64,000 bases of DNA from Arenicellales bacterium (GTDB lineage: Bacteria > Pseudomonadota > Gammaproteobacteria > Arenicellales > JAJDZL01). The position numbers and the translations under genes are program-made. The stretch covers positions 1,170,417 through 1,234,416 of the forward strand of contig OZ241380.1 of NCBI GenBank assembly GCA_965200765.1, in the 5' to 3' direction. The notes under the pieces were generated by a model, which was not told the DNA's origin, did not search any database, and saw only the letters and a list, made by a program, of their open reading frames with translations. Below, piece after piece: positions 33,747 to 42,720 of the stretch (its first letter is position 1; the number at the start of each line of letters is the position of its first letter).

Positions 33747-35428
33747 AAAGACTAACTGGCGGACAAGCTGTCGTAGAGTCTCTGAAAGTGGAGAATGTTC
33801 GTCACGTCTTCGGTTTGATTGGTTCAGCAGCTATGGAAGTATTCGATGCCTTGTACGATGCTGAGGAAATTCAATTCATTGGTGTGCGCGATGAACGCAC
33901 CGGGTGTCACATGGCCGATGGATATGCGCGTGCCTCGGGTAATGCAGGTGTAATCCTTGCCGGACAAAATGGCCCGGGTGCAACCAATCTTGCAACCGGG
34001 CTTGCTCAGGCAAAAGCAGCATTTTCTCCTGTCGTAGCCGTTGCTGGTGCATTGTCGTCCGAACATGTATACCGGGATGCATTCCAGGAAGTAGATCAGC
34101 AATCACTGTTTGCTCCAATAACCAAGCGTGTCTGGACAGTCGGCCAATCTTCTCGAGTGCCAGAAATATTTCGGGAAGCATTTCGCTTGGCAATGACACC
34201 CAGATGCGGACCGGTGATTGTCAATTTGCCGCGTGATGTATTGGCAAATACCGCTGAGTTTCCGAAATTTCAAAAACCGCAGCACTATCGTTCAACCAGC
34301 GTTCCAAGGGGAAACAAGGGTGATATCAAACGAGCTGCAGCTTTGCTTTGCGATGCAGAGAAGCCGGTGATTGTAGCCGGCGGGGGTATCAAAAATAGCT
34401 GTGGACACCAAGAGGCAATCGCTCTTGCTGAAGAACTGAATGCACCGATTGCAACATCGCCCGGACACGGTGATGCAATTCCATTCGAGCATCCTTTGAA
34501 TGCCGGACAAATGGGGCCAAGGGGAAATCCGGTGGCTTCGCAACTGGTTCAACAGGCCGATGTGATTTTAGCCTTGGGTACCCGACTTGGGTTCAATTCA
34601 ACCTTTTTTTCTTATGACAACATTAACGAGAATGCAAAGATCATTCAGGTTGAACAGGAGCCAACTGCAATCGGTCGTTACTTTCCTGTAGAAATCGGCA
34701 TTTGGGCAGATGCTCCTGCGGTTGCGCAGCAATTGCGGGAAGCGATTTCCCAAATTCAGTTGGAAGCCAAAGCACAGCAATGGACTGAAACTTTTAAATC
34801 TGAGCGCAGAAAGTATCTTGAAACACGAGACGAGCAAGTTGTTTCCGAGGTGCATCCGATTCAACCTTCAGAATTGTTTCAAGCACTTCGCAAGGTGTTG
34901 CCCAAAGATTCTGTGATTACTCTGGATGCGGGAACTTTATGTCTTCAAGCAACCGATGCGTTGAATTACTACCAGCCGCGCTCGCTGTTTACACCGCTGG
35001 ATTTTGGTTTGATTGGATTTTCCTTCGCCTGTGGCCTGGGTGCGAAGCTGGCACAGGCAGACCGTCCCGTGATCAGTCTCATGGGAGATGGCGGCTTCGG
35101 CATGACACTGTCCGAACTAAGTACCGCTGTCACCTACCAAATCAGCACAGTCACTTTGGTACTAAACAACCAGTGCTGGGGGGCCGAGAAAGCTTATCAG
35201 CGCGACTTTTTCAATCAGCGCTATATCGGTGCTGATATTCACAGTCCGCCATTTGACAAAATCGCTGAACTATATGGTGCCGTAGGTTTGCGGGTAGAGC
35301 GTACATCCGAAATCAGTGATGCCGTCTTGGCCGCATTGAACTGTGACAAACCGGCCGTAGTTGACATTGCCGTCGACCCCGAAGCACTCTACAGTTTTCG
35401 ACGAGATTCCTTCAAGCATCGCACGTGA
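33743..35428 (+). CDS. thiamine-diphosphate-dependent enzyme (acetolactate synthase large-subunit / sulfoacetaldehyde acetyltransferase-like family)
   Basis: 561 aa. N-terminal PYR domain (GLIGSAAMEVFDAL..DERTGCHMADGYARA..GPGATNL) and C-terminal ThDP motif GDGGFGM...NN. GGAGG RBS upstream, and a 4-nt overlap with the hydrolase gene. Confidence 0.8.
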   Translation: MKRLTGGQAVVESLKVENVRHVFGLIGSAAMEVFDALYDAEEIQFIGVRDERTGCHMADGYARASGNAGVILAGQNGPGATNLATGLAQAKAAFSPVVAVAGALSSEHVYRDAFQEVDQQSLFAPITKRVWTVGQSSRVPEIFREAFRLAMTPRCGPVIVNLPRDVLANTAEFPKFQKPQHYRSTSVPRGNKGDIKRAAALLCDAEKPVIVAGGGIKNSCGHQEAIALAEELNAPIATSPGHGDAIPFEHPLNAGQMGPRGNPVASQLVQQADVILALGTRLGFNSTFFSYDNINENAKIIQVEQEPTAIGRYFPVEIGIWADAPAVAQQLREAISQIQLEAKAQQWTETFKSERRKYLETRDEQVVSEVHPIQPSELFQALRKVLPKDSVITLDAGTLCLQATDALNYYQPRSLFTPLDFGLIGFSFACGLGAKLAQADRPVISLMGDGGFGMTLSELSTAVTYQISTVTLVLNNQCWGAEKAYQRDFFNQRYIGADIHSPPFDKIAELYGAVGLRVERTSEISDAVLAALNCDKPAVVDIAVDPEALYSFRRDSFKHRT

Positions 35429-35559
35429 CATTTTTGCTTGAAATGTGCTGAATAAAAAGCTTTGGCATGCATTCACTCTGCATATGCAACTCAGGAAACG
35501 ATGAGTATAACTGGAATCAAAAACTGTTATAAAATAATAGTTTAAGAAGTAAAATCTAA

Positions 35560-37131
35560 ATGGTAACTTCAACACAAATCAAGCGCAGAACTGCTGGAGA
35601 AAAGACTCGCGACAGTCGCAGGCGACAACGGGGCGAACGCGAACTTCAGGCAGCATTTCGGCCCGGTACTCCGATTCCACGTATATTCAAACCGTTCTCG
35701 GACCGAGATGCTCAACGAGTCCATGAAGCTGCCGTTGATCTGCTTGAAAAAGTCGGAATGGCCGATGCAACACCGCGCGCGATACAAATCGCATTGGATG
35801 GCGGTTGTAAACTGACGTCAAACGGACGATTGCTGTTTCCAAAGAGTTTGGTTGAAGATGCAATTGACAAGGCGGCAAAAGACTTTATTGCATACGGCCG
35901 GGATGAGAGATTCGATGTAGAAGCGCGCAATGGAATTATCAATACTTGCACAGGCGGAGCAGCAGTTACCATGCTGGACATGGATACCAGAGAGTATCGA
36001 CCCAGTACGCTGAAGGACTTGTTTGATCTTGCACGATTGTGCGACACACTTGAAAACATTCAGTGGTTTACAAGGCCAATTGTTGCGACGGATTTGGAAG
36101 ATTTGTACGAATTGGATGTAAATACCGTCTATGCATGTGCCTCCGGAACCAAAAAGCACATATCAACGAGCATTACAACCGGGAATCATGTTTACAAGAT
36201 GGTTCCGATGCTGGACCTGCTCGCCGGGGGTGAGGGCAAGTTTGCGACACGCCCCTTCTGCACTGTGCATGCTACAACCGTAGTTTCCCCGATGACCTTT
36301 GCTCCGGAAAGTCTGGATGTAGCATTTGCGGCGGTTGACATTGGCATGATTGTTCACTTGCAAACCGGCCCGCAAGCTGGTGCAACATCGCCGGCCGCAT
36401 TGGCAGGAACAGTAGTGCAAGGCTGTGCCGAGAGCTTGGCTTCACTCACAATATTGAATTTGCTGAAACCGGGACATCCAGTAATTGTCGGCAATTGGGT
36501 GTTTGTTTCGGATTTGAGAACGGGAGCGTTTAGTGGTGGCGGGGGAGAACAGGCTTTGCTCGGTGCGGCCTCAGGACAAATGGCCGCCTTCTATGGCATT
36601 CCGGGCGCGATGGGTGCCGGAATGACAGACTCGAAAGTGCCTGATAATCAAGCTGGCTTTGAAAAAGCACTGACATTGCTGACAGGAGCTTTGTCCGGGG
36701 GTGGATTCGTATTTGAATCGGCCGGTATGCTCGCTAGCCTATTGGGATGTTCATTTGAAGCGATGGTAATTGACGATGATATGCTCGCCAGTGTGCATCG
36801 CATTGCCCGAGGCATTGAAGTAACCGATGAAACCCTTTCCGTCTCGGTTGTAGAGGATTCGGTTGCAGATCCGGGACATTTTCTGGGCCATTCGCAAACG
36901 ATACAATTGATGGAAACTGAATACACTTATCCCAAGCAAGCAGACCGACAAACTCCATTGAACTGGAAAGACGCAGGCGGTCTGGATATCTGGGACCGGG
37001 CCACCGAAAAAGCCAGAAACATATTGTCTACGTATTATCCGCAATGCATTGACGACGAGACTGACAGGCAGATTCGGGAAATCTATGCGATACGGCTTCC
37101 GACACATCAATTTATGCACAGGTCCGGATGA
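35560..37131 (+). CDS. MttB-superfamily methyltransferase (non-pyrrolysine trimethylamine-methyltransferase homologue; quaternary-amine methyltransferase candidate)
   Basis: 523 aa with no in-frame amber codon. The overall length and blocks such as GGAAVTMLDMDT.EYRPSTLKDL.DLARL.D.L and the ..FESAGML.S....S.E..VIDDDM region match my recollection of MttB/MtgB-like proteins. This is a family-level call only. Confidence 0.65.
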   Translation: MVTSTQIKRRTAGEKTRDSRRRQRGERELQAAFRPGTPIPRIFKPFSDRDAQRVHEAAVDLLEKVGMADATPRAIQIALDGGCKLTSNGRLLFPKSLVEDAIDKAAKDFIAYGRDERFDVEARNGIINTCTGGAAVTMLDMDTREYRPSTLKDLFDLARLCDTLENIQWFTRPIVATDLEDLYELDVNTVYACASGTKKHISTSITTGNHVYKMVPMLDLLAGGEGKFATRPFCTVHATTVVSPMTFAPESLDVAFAAVDIGMIVHLQTGPQAGATSPAALAGTVVQGCAESLASLTILNLLKPGHPVIVGNWVFVSDLRTGAFSGGGGEQALLGAASGQMAAFYGIPGAMGAGMTDSKVPDNQAGFEKALTLLTGALSGGGFVFESAGMLASLLGCSFEAMVIDDDMLASVHRIARGIEVTDETLSVSVVEDSVADPGHFLGHSQTIQLMETEYTYPKQADRQTPLNWKDAGGLDIWDRATEKARNILSTYYPQCIDDETDRQIREIYAIRLPTHQFMHRSG

Positions 37132-38348
37132 TCGATACCCCAAGCATTGTCGTAATTGGCGGCGGCGTAGTAGGTTGCAGCGTTCTTTACAGTTTGACCC
37201 GTCGCGGATGGAATGATGCACTGTTGCTCGAAAGGAGGAATCTCACTTCTGGTTCCACTTGGCATGCGGCTGGCAATGTAACATTTTTCGGGCATTATTC
37301 CAGCATCACCGGACTGTATGTAAATTCGGTCCAATCATACCTTGCAGCAGAACAGGAGACTGGCCACAACGTTGGCTTTCATCCGGCCGGCAGTTTGCGA
37401 CTGGCGACATCCAAACAGGAGTTTGATTACTACCGCTCGCTTGAAACAACGTATGAAAAAATGGGAATCGAATATCAGGTGATTTCACCTGAAAGTATCA
37501 AGCAGTTTCATCCGTTTCTGGTTACCGACGGATTGTTCGGTGCGGCACATACGCCGCAAGATGGTCACGTGGATCCAACCGGCGCGACTTATGCTTTAGC
37601 CAAAGCCGCCAAATCCCGGGGCGCGAAGGTCAAGTTGAATTGCCCGGTTCAATTCCTGGAGCATCGCAACGACAACGAATGGAGAATTCACACTTCCGAA
37701 GGATACTATCAAACTGAACATGTCGTGATTGCAACAAGCTTTTGGGCACGGGAACTTGTTCAGAACTTGGGGTTGAATCTCCCTTTATATGCGATGGAAC
37801 ATCATGAATTGATAACGGACCAAGTTGCGGAACTTGATGAGGTTGGTTTTGAAGTCCCGACGGTTCGGGACCCGTATGTGCCAGCGAACTGGAGGCAAGA
37901 GCGTTCCGGTTTTCTTATTGGAATCTATGAGCGTGGACCCAAGCCATGGTCCATTGACGGGATTCCCCCAGACTTCAAGGAAGAACTGTTGGTGCCTGAT
38001 ACTGAGCGTCTGGAACCGCATTTTGACAAATTGATGCAACGAATGCCGGTTCTTGCCGATGTCGGAATCAAGACAGTGAACAATGGGCCAATCTGCTACA
38101 CGCCTGACGGTTTGCCATTGCTGGGTCCGGTAGCAGACATGCCCGGACTGTGGCTTGCTTGTGGTTACTGTGTGGGCATTGGAACAGGTGGCGGGTCTGG
38201 AGAATTTCTTGCGAGCTGGATCGTGGATGGCAAATCACCGTACGATTTACCTCAAGTTTATCCAGCAAGATTTTCCAATGACTTGTCCAAACAAGCATGT
38301 CTGAAGCAAATCATTCAGACTTATGAAAACGGATACTCGCTTCAGTAA
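37128..38348 (+). CDS. FAD-dependent oxidoreductase (DAO family; resembles the flavin domain of dimethylglycine/sarcosine dehydrogenases, with no C-terminal folate/GcvT domain)
   Basis: VVIGGGVVGCSVLYSL (dinucleotide fold) and LTSGSTWHAAGNV (the His-containing motif of covalent-flavin DMGDH/SDH). Only 406 aa. The ATGA overlap with the MttB-family gene suggests translational coupling. Confidence 0.75.
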   Translation: MIDTPSIVVIGGGVVGCSVLYSLTRRGWNDALLLERRNLTSGSTWHAAGNVTFFGHYSSITGLYVNSVQSYLAAEQETGHNVGFHPAGSLRLATSKQEFDYYRSLETTYEKMGIEYQVISPESIKQFHPFLVTDGLFGAAHTPQDGHVDPTGATYALAKAAKSRGAKVKLNCPVQFLEHRNDNEWRIHTSEGYYQTEHVVIATSFWARELVQNLGLNLPLYAMEHHELITDQVAELDEVGFEVPTVRDPYVPANWRQERSGFLIGIYERGPKPWSIDGIPPDFKEELLVPDTERLEPHFDKLMQRMPVLADVGIKTVNNGPICYTPDGLPLLGPVADMPGLWLACGYCVGIGTGGGSGEFLASWIVDGKSPYDLPQVYPARFSNDLSKQACLKQIIQTYENGYSLQ

Positions 38349-38485
38349 TGAAGTTGAAATGCGTGTCGGTTCAATCAGGCTGACCTGCAATCGTTCAAAT
38401 AATTGAGTTTCAACTTGATTATGTTGTTACAATGAAATTCGACTATATACAGAGTCAATAAAATATATGAAAAAGGGGGGATAAG

Positions 38486-39532
38486 TTGTCTGAGACAGTA
38501 ATCAAACTGGACGATGTCTGGAAAGTCTTCGGCGATGCCGCTGATGAAGCGATTCAGGCAATTCAAACAGAAGGTCTGGGGAAACCGGAGGTGCTCGAGA
38601 AATTCGGATGCGTCGTCGGTATTGCAGATTGTTCATTCGAGGTTGAACGCGGAGAGATTTTTTGTGTGATGGGTCTGTCCGGTTCCGGCAAGTCAACCAT
38701 GGTACGCCACTTGAATCGCCTCATTGAACCAACCTCAGGCTCAATTTCAGTTCTGGGACATGATGTACTGGCACTGAACAATGAAGAACTGAGAAAGCTC
38801 AGGGCGGCACACATTGGAATGGTATTCCAGCACATGGCGCTGTTTCCGCATCGAACTGTACGGGACAATGTAGCTTTTCCGCTTCAGGTACAAGGCGAAG
38901 CGCGGGCGAAGCGTTGGGAAGTTTCCCAGCGGTGTTTGTCATTGGTGAATCTCGACGGCTACGAAGATCGATTCCCCAGCGAATTGTCAGGTGGTATGCA
39001 ACAGCGTGTCGGATTGGCAAGGGCACTGGCTTCCGACCCGGAAGTTCTGCTTATGGATGAACCATTTTCCGCACTGGATCCCCTGATTCGCAGACAGTTG
39101 CAGGATCAATTTATGGAATTGTCAGCCGAGTTGCACAAGACAACTGTATTCATTACACATGACCTGGATGAAGCCATACGAATTGGAAATCGAATCGCAA
39201 TCATGAAAGATGGTGTGATTGTTCAAATTGGTTCACCGGAAGAGATTGTCACTAATCCGATTGATCAATATGTTTCAGATTTTGTGGAAGGAATCTCCAC
39301 ACTGAAATTGATTTTTGCACACACAATCATGGTGAAGTTTGACGAATACCAGTTGCAACCCGGCGAGGATTTGACACAGTCGCCGCGGGTATCTCATGAA
39401 ACCGACCTGAGCGGATTGATTGACGTGTCTGCAACGACAACTCAGCCGATCGTGATCACTGATGGCGGTGAAGATGTCGGTGTGGTCAACAAAACAACAT
39501 TACTTAAAGGAATCAAAAGGGGAGATGCGTGA
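38486..39532 (+). CDS. proV: quaternary-amine (glycine betaine/proline-type) ABC transporter ATP-binding protein
   Basis: Walker A GLSGSGKST, signature LSGGMQQRVGLARAL, Walker B LLMDEPFSALD, and a C-terminal regulatory extension. TTG start preceded by a GGGGGG RBS. Confidence 0.8.
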   Translation: MSETVIKLDDVWKVFGDAADEAIQAIQTEGLGKPEVLEKFGCVVGIADCSFEVERGEIFCVMGLSGSGKSTMVRHLNRLIEPTSGSISVLGHDVLALNNEELRKLRAAHIGMVFQHMALFPHRTVRDNVAFPLQVQGEARAKRWEVSQRCLSLVNLDGYEDRFPSELSGGMQQRVGLARALASDPEVLLMDEPFSALDPLIRRQLQDQFMELSAELHKTTVFITHDLDEAIRIGNRIAIMKDGVIVQIGSPEEIVTNPIDQYVSDFVEGISTLKLIFAHTIMVKFDEYQLQPGEDLTQSPRVSHETDLSGLIDVSATTTQPIVITDGGEDVGVVNKTTLLKGIKRGDA

Positions 39533-41085
39533 TGCAAGAAACTGAACTTTCAGCAGAATCCGAAAAGCTCGGTAGCTCAGTCAGTGAATTTGTAGATACA
39601 AATCAGGACTACTACACCCGAGAATTTGAAAAAATACAGTCGACGACCAAGTTTCCGTACTCCTGGAACATGATGGCGGCCATTGGCGGACCGTTCTGGG
39701 GAGCTGCACGTGGTCTCTGGGGCTATTTCTGGACTTTCATGGTGCTGGAAATTCTCGCTCTTGTACAGATCGGCAGGGGACTGTGGGGTGAATTGGGTGC
39801 TTCACAGATGGCAAGAATTGAAAAATTGCAGCCCAAGATTGAAGAGTTCATGTCCAAGCACGCCGAAGCAGTGGCACAAGGCAACACCGAAGCAGCAACT
39901 GGATTTCTGAACCGTGCAGAGAATCTGGAGAAAATCGTCGCGCGATTAATGGAAGAAATTGCTGTTGCTGAACAGGGAGTGTTTCTGGTGCTCGCTGCTG
40001 GCTTGATCATATTTGTTGGTTTACGAGTGATCCAGGGGTTCTACGGAAACATTCGATACGAACGGCAGTATTTGTCGTGGCGAGCTGAACCCAAGAAAGT
40101 TGCTACCGGTCTGAGTTGGAATCGCACGATATTCAGTGTAGTCTTGTGGCTGGCCATTGTACCTTTGACTCTCTATCGATTTACAGTAGGAAAAATTGCC
40201 CCCGAGTTTGAAATGTATACGCTCGGATTTCCTGTTGAAAAATCACAGTATTTTTCTCCGATAGCAAATGTGCTGGAGGCGGGGTTTGATTGGTTGTCTG
40301 CTCACGGGGCCGGTGCGTTTGATAGTGTAGTTTTCTCCATTCGTACGGTATTGGATGGTCTTGAGACGGTCTTTGTGGAGACTCCGTGGCCCGTTGTTAT
40401 GACTGTAATCGTTGTCATGGCGTGGAGATTGGCGGGCGCTCGCGTCGCGATATTTACCGCTGCTTCTCTTGCGTATCTCGGATTACTCGGTATGTGGGAA
40501 ACCAGTATGATTACAGTAGCGCTATTGGGTGCTGCTGCATTTCTGTGTTTGTTGTTTGGAATTCCGCTGGGCATTTGGTTTGGAAAGAGTCAACGTGCCT
40601 ATAACGCCGCATTGCCGGTACTGGATTTCATGCAAACAATGCCGGCTTTCGTTTATCTCATACCGATCATTGCGTTTTTTGGAACCGGCAAGCCGCCAGG
40701 TGTATTGGCAACGCTGATTTTCGGTATGCCACCTGTTGTTCGACTCACAGCATTGGGTATTCGAGGTGTTCCGGAGAACACCAAGGAAGCCGCGCGAGCA
40801 TTCGGTTGCACCAAATGGACATTAATGAAAGACATTGAGCTTCCGCTGGCAATGCCGTCGATTATGACGGGAATCAATCAAACCATTCTTATGTGCTTGT
40901 CTATGGTCGTAATTGCTTCGTTGATTGGAGCCAAGGGTTTGGGACAGGATGTGCTCGTCGCATTGCAATACGCTGCCAAAGGGCAGGGGGTTCTTGCCGG
41001 ATTGGCAATACTTTTCTGTGCGATGGTGATTGACAGGATCATTCAAGGACACTACAAGCAAAAAACTGGTCGTTTCAATAAATAA
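39529..41085 (+). CDS. proW: quaternary-amine ABC transporter permease with a long N-terminal extension (DUF2628-like)
   Basis: The C-terminal approximately 230 aa has the BPD-transporter permease core (..MQTMPAFVYLIPIIAFFGTGKPPGVLATLIFGMPPVVR..). The N-terminal approximately 280 aa adds extra TM helices and a YY..EF..I....F..SWN..A...GPFW motif. The start overlaps the proV stop (GTGATG). Confidence 0.75.
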   Translation: MMQETELSAESEKLGSSVSEFVDTNQDYYTREFEKIQSTTKFPYSWNMMAAIGGPFWGAARGLWGYFWTFMVLEILALVQIGRGLWGELGASQMARIEKLQPKIEEFMSKHAEAVAQGNTEAATGFLNRAENLEKIVARLMEEIAVAEQGVFLVLAAGLIIFVGLRVIQGFYGNIRYERQYLSWRAEPKKVATGLSWNRTIFSVVLWLAIVPLTLYRFTVGKIAPEFEMYTLGFPVEKSQYFSPIANVLEAGFDWLSAHGAGAFDSVVFSIRTVLDGLETVFVETPWPVVMTVIVVMAWRLAGARVAIFTAASLAYLGLLGMWETSMITVALLGAAAFLCLLFGIPLGIWFGKSQRAYNAALPVLDFMQTMPAFVYLIPIIAFFGTGKPPGVLATLIFGMPPVVRLTALGIRGVPENTKEAARAFGCTKWTLMKDIELPLAMPSIMTGINQTILMCLSMVVIASLIGAKGLGQDVLVALQYAAKGQGVLAGLAILFCAMVIDRIIQGHYKQKTGRFNK

Positions 41086-41188
41086 CGGATGGTTGTCAGA
41101 ACTGGTTCCATCGCAACAATATTGGTACGTCAGAGTCGTCAATGGATTCAGCAATAGGGTGTGGAGTTCTAGCATAGAATTTTGAAAT

Positions 41189-42400
41189 TTGGCATCAAAC
41201 GAATTTGATCCGACGGTTAGCAAACTGTCCAGGTCACCTGCCCAGAAACTGCCGGTAGAGGCTTATATTGACACGAAGTGGTTCAAGCAAGAACTACGAG
41301 AACTGTTTGGCAGAAACTGGACCTTCGCAGGACTGTCAAGTGATCTGAAGCGATCCGGGGATTACGTTACTGTTACTGCAGGCAATTGCCCATTGTTCGT
41401 GGTGCGCGGTAACGACGGTCGTTTGCGCGCTTTTCACAATATTTGCAGACACCGTGGTACGGAACTCCTGGAGGGTGCGGGTCAAACTGGAAAACGCATC
41501 ACATGTCCTTACCACCATTGGACCTATGATATTGACGGAAAACTTAGGGCAGTGCCGATGCAAAAACAATGTTTTCCAGATCTGGACCGAAATGACTATT
41601 CGTTGCATTCAGCCAGTTTGGGTGAATTCAAAGGCATGTTGTTGGTCCATCCGGACCCCGATGCGAATTTTACCGAATGGTTGGACGGACTCGAGGATAT
41701 AGCATGGCCGCATGAATTTAGCCGTCTGTGTGAAACTGCCGAAATGCAATATGAAATTCGATGCAACTGGAAAGTCTTCTACGAAAACGCGATTGACGGT
41801 TACCATTTGGAGTATCTGCACAGAAATTCTCTGGGTGGACCACGGACTGACAAGAACAAATGGGAGGTTCATGGTAGCCACCTCGTTTGGTATTCAACGG
41901 AAACTGGCAGAAAAAAATGCTTGCCCGAGGCACTTTCGAAGACAATCACGCAATGGGGAGGACCCATCATCAAGGATGCGCGTTCACAAGAATACGGCGG
42001 AGTATATATGCTGTTTCCGAGTACCATCATCACCGCAGATCCGACAGAAATATCAGTTTCTCGTCTGATTCCCGTTTCTTCTGGTTTATGTCATCTCAAA
42101 GTACGGACCTGGTGTAGTTGCGAAAGTGTTTCACCGACTGACAAGATGTCGGATGATTTGAAAGACTTGCCGGGCTTTGATTCTGACACTGGATTGTATC
42201 GCCTGGATTCACTGGATGAGCATCCGCTTGGAACCGGAGACTTTCAATGGGAAGACATTTGGGTTTGTGAAAAATTGCAACGGTCTATGAATTCACCATC
42301 ATTTTCATTCGGACCGATGGCTTCCGGGTCAGGTGCCGAATCACCAATAGAGTTCTTTCAGCAAATGGTTCTGAACAATTTGTCAGACACAGACATCTAG
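41189..42400 (+). CDS. Rieske [2Fe-2S] non-heme-iron oxygenase, alpha subunit (betaine/carnitine-type monooxygenase candidate)
   Basis: Rieske motif CRHRGTEL...CPYHHWTY and the mononuclear-iron motif NAIDGYHLEYLH. The start is uncertain: the track uses TTG 41189 and there is no nearby ATG. Confidence 0.8.
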   Translation: MASNEFDPTVSKLSRSPAQKLPVEAYIDTKWFKQELRELFGRNWTFAGLSSDLKRSGDYVTVTAGNCPLFVVRGNDGRLRAFHNICRHRGTELLEGAGQTGKRITCPYHHWTYDIDGKLRAVPMQKQCFPDLDRNDYSLHSASLGEFKGMLLVHPDPDANFTEWLDGLEDIAWPHEFSRLCETAEMQYEIRCNWKVFYENAIDGYHLEYLHRNSLGGPRTDKNKWEVHGSHLVWYSTETGRKKCLPEALSKTITQWGGPIIKDARSQEYGGVYMLFPSTIITADPTEISVSRLIPVSSGLCHLKVRTWCSCESVSPTDKMSDDLKDLPGFDSDTGLYRLDSLDEHPLGTGDFQWEDIWVCEKLQRSMNSPSFSFGPMASGSGAESPIEFFQQMVLNNLSDTDI

Positions 42401-42455
42401 AATTTTCGCCAAGAATTGGTAAACCTGACTGTGTCAATCAGCAGTTGTTGACAAA

Positions 42456-42480
42456 AAGGCGGCATTGAAAATGCCGCCTT
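42456..42480. terminator. GC-rich hairpin between convergent genes (intrinsic terminator, T-run on the minus strand)
   Basis: AAGGCGGCAT-tgaaa-ATGCCGCCTT, a 10-bp stem. On the minus strand it is followed by TTTTTGT, so it terminates the substrate-binding-protein gene. It may also serve the Rieske gene. Confidence 0.7.
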
Positions 42481-42720
42481 GATGCTCTTTCTTCGTAAAA
42501 TGCTTTGGTTTGCAGGCATTCACTCTATAAAGTACTTCCCGAATACCGAACCAAGGTGCTACACTGCAACAAAATCAGGCTCTACGAAACGTGTTCGGTA
42601 GTACCTTTGAGAACTGTAAAGCACCTTCAAAAAACCGCCACATCTGACTTTGGTCTCAATGCAAGTTGATTGTTTTTTCAAGACATTTGCAAAAGAGAAA
42701 AAAAAGTTCTCTGATTGCCG

